A stretch of DNA of 64,000 nucleotides from assembly GCA_017510725.1 (NCBI GenBank), contig JAFWMD010000049.1, positions 82,478-146,477 of the forward strand. Reading direction: 5' to 3'. A model generated the notes under the pieces. It was not told the DNA's origin, ran no database searches, and saw nothing but the letters and a program-made list of their open reading frames with translations. How positions within the stretch are numbered: the first letter of the stretch is position 1; each line of letters begins with the position of its first letter. Shown here piece by piece: positions 44,135 to 52,600 of the stretch. The DNA comes from Mogibacterium sp. (GTDB taxonomy: Bacteria; Bacillota; Clostridia; Peptostreptococcales; Anaerovoracaceae). The translations under genes were made by a program, and so were the position numbers.

Positions 44135-45733
44135 TCAGATATAAGTTATTTCTTCGTTTGCTACACTGATCAAATCTCCGGAGATCAGTCTGATACCATT
44201 GCCTGTGACCCTCTGACCGTTAAGGTAGGTTCCGTTGATCGAGCCCATGTCATGAATGAAATATGTTCCCTTGCGGTTCTCGATCATTGCATGCATTTTT
44301 GCAACATACTCATTACCTTCAATACAGATATCTGCATCGCGGCTCCTGCCGATGGTCATGATATTCTTTTTAAGTTCGTATACCGCGCCTGTTCGTCTTA
44401 CGATTGCTCTTGGTACATTTTCATTATTGCCATTATCCGGCTCCGGTCGAAGAACAGCTGCAGGCATTACCTTATCAGGTGCAGCCTTTACCGGTGCCGC
44501 TTTTGCCGGTGTCGCTTTCACAGGTGCAGCCTTCTCAGGTTTTTTAGCTGCCGCCTTTTGCTTTTTTTCTTTTACCGGTTTCTGTTCTGCCGGCTTGTTC
44601 TTCTTTCCTTTTTTTTGAGGTGCTGCCCCCGGATTGTCTGCTTCATATCTCCTGTTCCATATCACAAGTGTGACAAGCTTGAATACCAGGAAGGCAATGA
44701 GCGCTCCAAGTGCAATTATGAGGTATAGCAGCTTTGATGGCTTGAGTTCGGAAGTATCAAGTGTGGTCTGGAGCTTACTGAAAGCACCCTGAAGGGCTTT
44801 GCGGTTATATCGCGATTCTCCCATGACTTTGATAGCATTCTGTATCGCATCTTTAAAATCGTCCTTATATTCTTTTTTGACCTTCTTGTAAGTTCCGATG
44901 CTCTGATCGCATAATTTATAGAGTTTGCCATACAGAGCGTCTTTGTCTTTGGTCTGATGTTGTATGCCTGCACTGTCAAGAAGTTTATCTGCTTCCTGTA
45001 TCAGAAGTGCGCAGCTGCCATCATCCCCTGAAGCTTTTGGATTGTTAATACCGATTACGTAGCCATGCTCATCTACGAGAGGGCCTCCATCAAGGCCTCC
45101 GCTGATGTCTGCAGTATGGCTTATATATGTTGCGCTGTCTTTTTTGAGCGCCATGGACTTTATGGTCCCTGTATTCACTTTTACATCTGAGGCACTGAAC
45201 TCTGTCCCCGAGGCAGCTTCGGAATTAAAACCTAGAGCTTTGACCTCTGCACCCTCTGACAGTGTATCGCCTTCTTCGTCATATTCCGTTATTCTGAGCG
45301 GCAATGCCGTCTTGCCGTTCAAACCTCCCGCACTGATTATGCAGAAGTCCTGCTCGACGCTGTATGATTCTACCAATGCGTCAACAGCTGTATCGTTCTT
45401 GACTATTACATGGATGGCCGCGTCCTGTCCATGATTGACATTATGCCATGTAGTGACTATGTATACGCCACCGTTTCCGGTATCACCTACAACAAATCCG
45501 CTGAAGGTATGATCAGCTTTGAACTTTCCATTTGTATCGTTGATTCCGGTCACTATCCGTACTACCCCGGTTGCAGCATCTACATCAGAAACCGTCTGTG
45601 GCTCTGCCAGTCCGTTCATCTCACTGTGGGAAGATGCCGCAAGGGCAGCCTGCGGCATGATGATCATTATCAGCGCGATCATAAACGCAAGGCTGCCCGT
45701 TATTCTTTTTCTGATTCTTTTTGTTTCGATCAT
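44135..45733 (-). CDS. Bitopic protein: extracytoplasmic trypsin-like (probably inactive) domain, TM, Lys/Ala/Pro linker, cytoplasmic FHA domain
   Basis: N-terminal anchor/signal (LAFMIALIMIIMPQAALA). His (VTTWHNV) and Asp (EQDFCII) are present, but the GxSGGP serine box reads GGLDGGPL (Asp codon GAT at 45091..45089). Second TM (LLYLIIALGALIAFLVFKLVTLVIW). C-terminal FHA: MTIGRSRD...AKMHAMI...GSINGTYLNG. Confidence 0.8.
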   Translation of the reverse strand: MIETKRIRKRITGSLAFMIALIMIIMPQAALAASSHSEMNGLAEPQTVSDVDAATGVVRIVTGINDTNGKFKADHTFSGFVVGDTGNGGVYIVTTWHNVNHGQDAAIHVIVKNDTAVDALVESYSVEQDFCIISAGGLNGKTALPLRITEYDEEGDTLSEGAEVKALGFNSEAASGTEFSASDVKVNTGTIKSMALKKDSATYISHTADISGGLDGGPLVDEHGYVIGINNPKASGDDGSCALLIQEADKLLDSAGIQHQTKDKDALYGKLYKLCDQSIGTYKKVKKEYKDDFKDAIQNAIKVMGESRYNRKALQGAFSKLQTTLDTSELKPSKLLYLIIALGALIAFLVFKLVTLVIWNRRYEADNPGAAPQKKGKKNKPAEQKPVKEKKQKAAAKKPEKAAPVKATPAKAAPVKAAPDKVMPAAVLRPEPDNGNNENVPRAIVRRTGAVYELKKNIMTIGRSRDADICIEGNEYVAKMHAMIENRKGTYFIHDMGSINGTYLNGQRVTGNGIRLISGDLISVANEEITYI

Positions 45734-45791
45734 AATTGCGGTTTTGGGTACTTATTGTTGAATAAGTATTTGGTTTTTCTTTTGCTTTGTC

Positions 45792-46109
45792 TTATGCGAA
45801 GATCTCTGAATTCAGTGAAGAAGCTGTCTGAGTTGCTTCATTTTCTGCTCTCTCATACTCTGCTGCCATCTCATTGAGGTCCTTTACATGTTCCTGAATC
45901 ATTTTATCGATCTTCTGGATCTCATCCTGGAGGCCATTGAACTTGTTAGCATATGCAGTTGCTGCATCGCCCGACCATACGGAGCCTGAAAGCTGCCCGA
46001 CTGTCTGTGTCATAGTGTTTGTAGCGTTCTTGATCTGTGCGCTTGTGTTGGAAAATTCACTTGCTGCTGCTTTGAGTCTAGAGGTTTCAACCTTAATTGT
46101 ATTTGCCAT
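45792..46109 (-). CDS. WXG100-family (EsxA-like) protein 5 of 5
   Basis: 105 aa helical hairpin; W-x-G in SVWSGDAATAYANKF. Confidence 0.88.
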   Translation of the reverse strand: MANTIKVETSRLKAAASEFSNTSAQIKNATNTMTQTVGQLSGSVWSGDAATAYANKFNGLQDEIQKIDKMIQEHVKDLNEMAAEYERAENEATQTASSLNSEIFA

Positions 46110-46200
46110 TTTTCTGTCTCCTTTTCTATTTCAAGACTGTGAGGTCTGTTGTTTCCTGAAAGTTTTTTATTTAAGTCCCTATCCGGTTTTAAGTTCGGTT

Positions 46201-46500
46201 TTATACGGTTCTTGCATTTGCTGTGCTTACGTTCTTGTTCTCAGCCACATCATACTTGTCTGCAATTGTATCAAGTGCTGATGCATACTGATCTATAGCT
46301 GCACAGAACTCTGTCATTTTAGCAATGTCTGTTGAGAATGCGTTTCTGAACGAGTCACGTGCTTCACCTTCCCACATTCCGCTGAGTGAATTCTCCTGTG
46401 CTCTCAAATTTTCGATCTGGTTTCTGACATTGTTGTTCTGACTTCTCAGATCTGCTGCCTTGTCTCTGAGCTGCTGCGATGTTACCTGAATAAGTGCCAT
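46201..46500 (-). CDS. WXG100-family protein 4 of 5
   Basis: 99 aa; W-x-G in SGMWEGEARDSF. Confidence 0.88.
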   Translation of the reverse strand: MALIQVTSQQLRDKAADLRSQNNNVRNQIENLRAQENSLSGMWEGEARDSFRNAFSTDIAKMTEFCAAIDQYASALDTIADKYDVAENKNVSTANARTV

Positions 46501-46568
46501 TTGTTTTTCCTCCTGTTAATTAGTTTTAGATTTATGGATTAAGTTAAATTTTATATCGTTTTTTGGTG

Positions 46569-46925
46569 TTAGCCCCTGCGGCCGCCTCCGCCGCCTCCGC
46601 CGCCTCCACCGCCGCTGTAAGTTCTCATGTCGGCGATTCTCTTGGCTTCCATCTCTGCATCGTAGATGGTCTTGGCGTTTTTCCTTATAGCTGCTGCTGT
46701 CTTTTCCAGGTTGCTTGCTATTTTATCAAGATCTTCGGAGACCATGCCCATCTTATTGGTGAACTTTGACGCGTTGTCTCCTGTCCAGGCGGATGCTACG
46801 TCGCTTCTGCAGCTGCTGAAGCGATTACTTTCCTTTCTAAGGGTTCTTGCTGCATCTTCAAGTCTGCTTGCCTGGTTTTTGGACTTCTGGAAGTCCATGT
46901 TTATCTGAAAACTACTTTTAGCCAT
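46569..46925 (-). CDS. WXG100-like protein 3 of 5 with poly-glycine C-terminal tail
   Basis: 118 aa; W-x-G in ASAWTGDNASKF. C-terminus YSGGGGGGGGGGGRRG is encoded by (GCCGCCTCC)x3-type repeats at 46581-46616. Confidence 0.8.
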   Translation of the reverse strand: MAKSSFQINMDFQKSKNQASRLEDAARTLRKESNRFSSCRSDVASAWTGDNASKFTNKMGMVSEDLDKIASNLEKTAAAIRKNAKTIYDAEMEAKRIADMRTYSGGGGGGGGGGGRRG

Positions 46926-46937
46926 TTCTGCCTCCTA

Positions 46938-47249
46938 TCAGAATATATCATCCGGTAAACTGTTGCCTACTGCTGCTGCTTCCTGTTCTGCTGCTTCATA
47001 CACGCCTGCTTCCATCTGAAGTTTTACAGGATTTTCATTCAGTCTCTTGAGAACCTTTTCTACATCCGGCTCTATATCCCTGAAGATTTTGATGTGTGCA
47101 TCGCTCGCCTCTCCTTCCCAGTAGGTTTTGGTGTTCTTTATCAGCTGGCAGATGCTTTTCCAGTGTCTCTCTATGTTTTTTACGTCATTTCTCACCAGGT
47201 TTGACTGATCTTTCATGACGTTGGTGTCTACTCTAAGATTGATGCTCAT
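46938..47249 (-). CDS. WXG100-family protein 2 of 5
   Basis: 103 aa; W-x-G in KTYWEGEASDAH. The C-terminal ...NSLPDDIF resembles ...SSLNSEIFA of 45792..46109. Confidence 0.85.
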   Translation of the reverse strand: MSINLRVDTNVMKDQSNLVRNDVKNIERHWKSICQLIKNTKTYWEGEASDAHIKIFRDIEPDVEKVLKRLNENPVKLQMEAGVYEAAEQEAAAVGNSLPDDIF

Positions 47250-47259
47250 GTCTATCCCC

Positions 47260-47565
47260 CTATCTCACATGTATCTGATTGACAAGGTCCCCGACCTTAC
47301 TTTCGCAGTTATTATATTTGGTTCTGGCGTTTTCTTCGAAACGGTTGATTCCCTCGAGGGTTTTGACCACTTCCTCCATCGCCTTGATGTCTGATTCAAA
47401 ATTGATCTTGAATGCCTCACTGGCCGGGCCGTCCCACATTCCGTCAAGTACTCTGTTGTGGTTCCTCAGATCGGTAATCGCCTTCTGGATCGCCTTGATA
47501 TGATCTCCGAATTCCTTCAGGTCTGTATCAAGTCTGTTTGTGTTGACTTTAATTAAATCTGCCAT
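47260..47565 (-). CDS. WXG100-family protein 1 of 5
   Basis: 101 aa; W-x-G in DGMWDGPASEAF. Confidence 0.88.
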   Translation of the reverse strand: MADLIKVNTNRLDTDLKEFGDHIKAIQKAITDLRNHNRVLDGMWDGPASEAFKINFESDIKAMEEVVKTLEGINRFEENARTKYNNCESKVGDLVNQIHVR

Positions 47566-47574
47566 ATCTGCCTC

Positions 47575-47937
47575 CTAATATTCCTCGAAGTGCTCTTTTG
47601 CCTTTACCGTCACATCTCCGAGGAAAATCGTTCCATATGTGACCGGAGCTATATATATCTGATCGCCGTATTCAAGGGAGTCTCTTTCTGTTCTCAGGTA
47701 TTCCTCTGCTACCTTCTCAAGCATCAGGCTCATGCTTTCGGATACCCGGCTCTCCCATTCGATATCTGATACATACCGTTCAAGCTTTTCTGCTATACTG
47801 TGCATCGCCTCATCCGGGTCACTCCTCAGGTAGCTGCAGACCTCTGTTACTATGTCTGCCTGCTGTAGAAGTACTCGTCTGGTCCCTGACAGCTCTTCCG
47901 CAGATCTTATGCATCTGTTTGGATTTACGTCTATCAT
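47575..47937 (-). CDS. Small helical T7SS-associated protein without WXG motif
   Basis: 120 aa. The N-terminus MIDVNPN... and LEKVAEEYLRTERD echo MTDINVN... and LETIANYYRRAEKA of the HExxH effector. It is the first gene after the internal promoter. Confidence 0.7.
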   Translation of the reverse strand: MIDVNPNRCIRSAEELSGTRRVLLQQADIVTEVCSYLRSDPDEAMHSIAEKLERYVSDIEWESRVSESMSLMLEKVAEEYLRTERDSLEYGDQIYIAPVTYGTIFLGDVTVKAKEHFEEY

Positions 47938-47963
47938 TTGTCTGTCTCATCCTTTCTGTCTGT

Positions 47964-48036
47964 AGTATAGCACGCATCCGGGACTTATAACGCAATCTGC
48001 ATAAAATGCATATATTTCATCCCGAAATGCACATTT
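47964..48036 (-). promoter_or_regulatory. Candidate regulated internal promoter of the WXG100/effector unit: 31-bp phased-repeat element plus extended -10
   Basis: Plus-strand 48006-48036 ATGCATATATTTCATCCCGAAATGCACATTT has ATGCA cores 21 nt apart, and an extra TGCAT lies at 47998. 36 nt further on in minus-strand reading is TGCTATACT (47972-47964), then SD AAAGGATGAG and ATG 47937. Confidence 0.55.
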
Positions 48037-48285
48037 CTATACCAGGATGAGTCTGTCGGCATCTCTCACGCCGCTTTCGTACAGTGTTCGGTCAGCTGAG
48101 AGTGGCATTCTTTTGTCTGTGTAGTACAGAACAAATCCGTCATCGCCCGGTTTGAGCTCGCTCTTGGTCCTCCTCGCGATCATCTCCGTCACCTCAAGTA
48201 TGACGACTTCAAGGTCCGCATTCTCATCGAGCATAAAGTCGAAACTCTCGTCCAACGCAGGCATATATATGTCTACCATTATCAT
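48037..48285 (-). CDS. esaB: YukD/EsaB-like ubiquitin-fold T7SS protein
   Basis: 82 aa; MIMVDIYMPALDESFDFMLDENADLEVVI...YYTDKRMPLSADRTLYESGVRDADRLILV fits the YukD beta-grasp pattern. It has a 4-nt overlap with the upstream gene and lies in the essC/WXG100 context. Confidence 0.8.
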   Translation of the reverse strand: MIMVDIYMPALDESFDFMLDENADLEVVILEVTEMIARRTKSELKPGDDGFVLYYTDKRMPLSADRTLYESGVRDADRLILV

Positions 48286-48950
48286 TGTGATTTACCTCCT
48301 GCCCAGCTTCTCATAATTTCTTTTATACTTTCCATGGTGAACATCTCTCTCATTGAAAATGTCCGGCTGTTTTGTATAATCATCCCATATGTGCCGCAGT
48401 CGAAAAGCATAAGCTTCTCCAGCAGCTTCCCGTCCGGAATGCTGCGCACAGCAAACTCTGATATCAGGTCGCCATTCTCGGGAAACATGTGCTCCGCGTC
48501 CATGTCCGGAGGAGCCTCCATTACCTTAGGGAGGTATCCTCCCTTTTCGAACATTGAGATCCATTCATCTGCGGACATCAGCGTCAGTTTGATCTCATCG
48601 GTTCCCAGCAGGCTTCTCTCGCTGATAACTACCCTGCCATCGCTGCAGTAACTCCCGATGTCGGAATTCTGCTCTCTTAAGTTTGTACTTGTAATACATA
48701 CCGGAGCGCTCCTCAGGACATCAAACACCGGCCTTACATTGTCGGATACCCTTGCCTTGCTCTCTCCCCACTCTATCAGGCCTTTGCGGTACAGCCCGGC
48801 GATACATCCGTTGAGCCTTATATCATCATTTGCAAAGCCTGTATCTCCGCTGAGTTCTATGCCGTACCATCCGCTGATTCCTGCTGCGGAGAGAAGGAGA
48901 ATGAACTCTTCATTATTCAGTATCAATGTTTCTGCTGCCCGAAATTCCAC
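48282..48950 (-). CDS. T7SS-associated cytoplasmic protein of unknown function
   Basis: 222 aa with no TM, located between the LytTR gene and yukD. The start may be internal, because it overlaps the upstream gene by 38 nt. Confidence 0.6.
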   Translation of the reverse strand: MEFRAAETLILNNEEFILLLSAAGISGWYGIELSGDTGFANDDIRLNGCIAGLYRKGLIEWGESKARVSDNVRPVFDVLRSAPVCITSTNLREQNSDIGSYCSDGRVVISERSLLGTDEIKLTLMSADEWISMFEKGGYLPKVMEAPPDMDAEHMFPENGDLISEFAVRSIPDGKLLEKLMLFDCGTYGMIIQNSRTFSMREMFTMESIKEIMRSWAGGKSQ

Positions 48951-49662
48951 GCAGGTACTCCTTTACTGACGCTTTGTATGATCTTGACAGAGGCACTATT
49001 ATGTTGTTTTCCAGGTATACCGCATTATCTGAAAGCTTGATTCGCTCAAGAAATCCGGAGTTGAACATGAAGCTGCGGTGGCTCTGCACGAATGTCTGCG
49101 GCAGATCCTTTCTCACATTATCCAGAGTATCATACTTGCTGTATTCCCTGTCCCGGAGTCTGAAATAAACTTTCTTGTTTCGTGCCTCTATATAATATAT
49201 CTGATTATACGGTACGACTGTTTTGCCGTCCCTGTTTTCTATAACTATGGAATTTCCTTCATCCGGTACATCCTTTTTACGGAAATAAGATGAAAGGAAT
49301 TCGCGTATGACCGAACGCATCGCTTCTTCCTGATATGGTCGCAGCAGAAGTGAGCATGCCCGTATGTCCGGCGTGAGATATTTCATGGGTGAAACAGTCC
49401 CGTCGGCTACAAGCATGATATCAGCGTCTGTCCTGCCGGATCTCACCGTTCTGCTGAGATCTACATCCCCATCATCTTTGATTTCAAGCACGGAGAGATC
49501 AAACGGATCATCCTTGCCGAGGTATTTATATAACCCGCCGGCATCCAGAAACCCCTTGCAGGAAAGGCTGTCGTCAGACATGTAAGCGACCATGTCTCTT
49601 GCATGCCTGGCAACACGCTCCATTTCCTTTTTATCACGGTCATAAATCAGCAGATCTATCAT
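48913..49662 (-). CDS. LytTR-family DNA-binding protein with degenerate receiver-like N-terminal domain
   Basis: C-terminal LytTR pattern: IVIENRDGKTVVPYNQIYYIEARNKKVYFRLRDREYSKYDTLDNVRKDLP.TFVQSHRSFMFNSGFLERI. The N-terminus (MIDLLIYDRDKKE...) resembles a receiver, but the acidic pocket reads YDRD. It overlaps the essC stop by 4 nt. Confidence 0.8.
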   Translation of the reverse strand: MIDLLIYDRDKKEMERVARHARDMVAYMSDDSLSCKGFLDAGGLYKYLGKDDPFDLSVLEIKDDGDVDLSRTVRSGRTDADIMLVADGTVSPMKYLTPDIRACSLLLRPYQEEAMRSVIREFLSSYFRKKDVPDEGNSIVIENRDGKTVVPYNQIYYIEARNKKVYFRLRDREYSKYDTLDNVRKDLPQTFVQSHRSFMFNSGFLERIKLSDNAVYLENNIIVPLSRSYKASVKEYLRGISGSRNIDTE

Positions 49663-52600
49663 TTGCTCTTGTCTTCCTGCTCAATCTTCTTAACAAGCGG
49701 AACTACTACCTTACGCGTAGCGTTCTCATCATATACATCAGGCAGCTGGCCCACGCCGACCTTGGCGTTTTTGTTCTGTTCGGAATAAGGCATATACTCA
49801 AAATTGAGCAATGTGTTGGCTGCGACATTGCCGCCCATGTGGATACCCTTCTTGTAACCCGTGAAGCTGTCGAATGCAGCATATCCGCTCGCATTTGCCT
49901 TATTCTTGATCGAAAGATCTCCAATAAAGTATATATTGTTTCCACTGCCCTTGGCGATTATGTTTTCAAACAGTGGTGCAAGATTGATAGTCGACTTGTA
50001 AATCAGATTGATGAACTGGTCGATCTGCGGCAGGAAGAAGAATACCGGCTTGAATTCGCTGCTCATCACCTCGAATATCTCGTCAGCCTCCTTGCCCTCG
50101 CTAATGAGTACATCCTTGCGTTTTCTGCGCTCAATAAAGTCAGGAATAAGCTTTCCAAGGTAGCTTTCGAGTTCCTTCTCTGTCACTACATACGTGACTC
50201 CCGGAGACTCCTTGAACATGCTGAGATCGTTCTCACCATTGTCCACTATGCAGATCTCAGCACCCTTCTTAAGTGCACCAAGCACGCATATCTTGAGCAG
50301 GTTTGTCTTGCCGGTCTGCATCGCGCCGTAGATACCATAACAGAATGTCTCGTTCAGAGGTATTCCGTATACCGCAGCGCTTGCGGCATCGTATCCGATT
50401 GGCAGCAGATCCTTGCGTGCAATCATGTTCTCGTATTCTTCCAGTCTTGAGAACGACTGCCATACCGGCTTCTCAGGTATCTCAGGTACCGGTCTAGCAA
50501 GTCTTCCCGTCCACGTCTCTGCCATTTTGTCGCAAATGGCTCTGATACCTTCCATACGCTCATAGTCGTTGTCTGCTCTGACCGCAAGTGCAGTCTGATA
50601 CTCAAGGATCCTGGTGCCATAGTAAGCAAGGCCTCTTCCCTTGACTCCACTCTCAGGCAGAACGCTTATCTGTGTTGTATGCAGCAGGTCGCCGTACTCG
50701 AACTTATCCTTAAGCGACAGAGTAAGCACTGTGCTCATGTTCTCTCCTACGCGGGAGGTGATCTCTGCGGCGCTGTATCCTCCTCCGGATACGAGCAGGA
50801 AGATACCATTGCTGATGCCTTCCTTTGACAGCCTGATCATATCTTCTTCATAAGCTTCATTGGTCTTCTGCTTGAATGCACCGTAGTTGTCTATCATGAT
50901 GAAGATGGCAGGCATTGTTACTCCGTTTACACGGACGTACTGCTTATAGCTTCCGCCGCGGAAGATCTTCTTTCTCTCTTCAAGTATGCCGTTGATCATG
51001 TTGAAGAATTTGCCGATCTTCTCCTTGTCATTTTCATACATGACTCCGCCGAACTGAGGAGCGTTCTCAAACGCAGACATCATCTTGCTGCTGAAGTCCA
51101 GTGCGTAGATATTCACCACCTCAGGCGAGTATCTCTGTATCAGCGAGAATGCGATCGTCTGCATCGTGGTACTCTTACCGCTGACGATGGATCCGCAGAT
51201 CGCCATGTTGCCATCTTCAGCAAAGTCGATGTCGAATGGCATCTGTGCCTGATTCTCAGGGTCATCCATCTGTCCGATGGTGACAGCCAGATTCCAGTTG
51301 CTGTCAGCCGGTTTCCACGACCCGTTTGTAGTAAAAGCATTGTCTCTGTATGCCGGGAATTCCTCCAGGAATATCCTCTCTCTGAGGACAGGCAGCCACA
51401 GCTGGTGCTTGGCTGTATATCCATTCTCTTTTGCAACTACAGCCAGGTATTCCTTGATGGCATCGAGCTCTGTGTGCTCCTTCTGCTGCGGCAGCTTTCT
51501 TCCGGTCTCGGCAGAATATGCTACAAGGCCCTCTGCATCAGGAATGTCTCCCTCTGCGCTGAGCTCTGCGTACATGCGTACAAGGTCCTGAAGTCTTGCA
51601 GTATTGAACTTGCTCTCCTGATAGTCAATGTTGCTCCTGGCCATGATGTCGTACATGCCAGTGATAATTGCCTGTACGTTATCCGGATCACCGAGGCTTC
51701 CGTCAGATTCCGCGAGTACTGCTGCTGCAGTCTGTTCCAGCATGTCTATGAGCTTCTCCGCCCATCTGATTTCCGCTGTCTTCTTGCGGGCCTGCTTGAT
51801 CGAGTTACCGGTCATGTCGACCTTTCCTGTAAGGCTGATCAGCTTGGCGACGTCAGCATTGCCCTCGTATGAGCTTTCATCATATGCAGCTCCGCTGTAT
51901 CCTGACTGGAACAGCTCGTACAGCTCGTCATTACCTACCTGCAGGTAACATCTTCCGGCCTGTGTGATGTAAGCAGCATCAGGCTTGTGCAGCATGTCGT
52001 TACTGTCCTGCTTATCCTGTACTCTTAAGCACAGTCTGAATTTGGAGTTACTCCAGATGTTATCGTCTACTGTACCGCTAGGCTTCTGTGTGGCGAGTAT
52101 CAGGTGTACTCCGAGGCTTCGTCCTACCTGGGCTACGCTGATGAGCTCGCGCATGAACTCAGGCTCTTCGCGCTTCAGTTCGGCGAACTCGTCTATTATG
52201 ATGAAGAGGTGCGGAACCGGAGTCGTGACCTCTCCGTTTTTGTACAGTTTTGTGTATGCGTTTATGTTGTTGACGCCGTTCTCCGTAAAGATCCTCTGTC
52301 TGCGCCTGTTCTCACTCTTGATGGAGATCATCGCACGCTTGACTTGGTTGCCCGACAGGTTTGAAATGGATCCTGCCATCTGAGGCATTCCGTCGAAGAG
52401 GTTGGCCATTCCACCGCCCTTATAGTCTATGATGAAGAACGCTACATCATCCGGGCTGTAGTTGATAGCAAGTGAGAGGATGTATGTCTGAAGCGTCTCA
52501 CTCTTTCCGGATCCGGTAGTACCCGCAACCAGGCCGTGAGGTCCGTGGTATTTTTCGTGTACGTCCAGATAGCAAGGCACGCCGCCGGCTTTCTGTCCGA

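Noticed and set aside
45749-45768. AT-rich hairpin TACTTATT-GTTG-AATAAGTA between the last WXG100 gene and the pseudo-protease/FHA gene, considered as an attenuator or terminator.
   Set aside because: On the coding (minus) strand it is not followed by a U-tract; the T-run is on the non-coding side. The stem is weak and all A/T. It is not supportable as a terminator.
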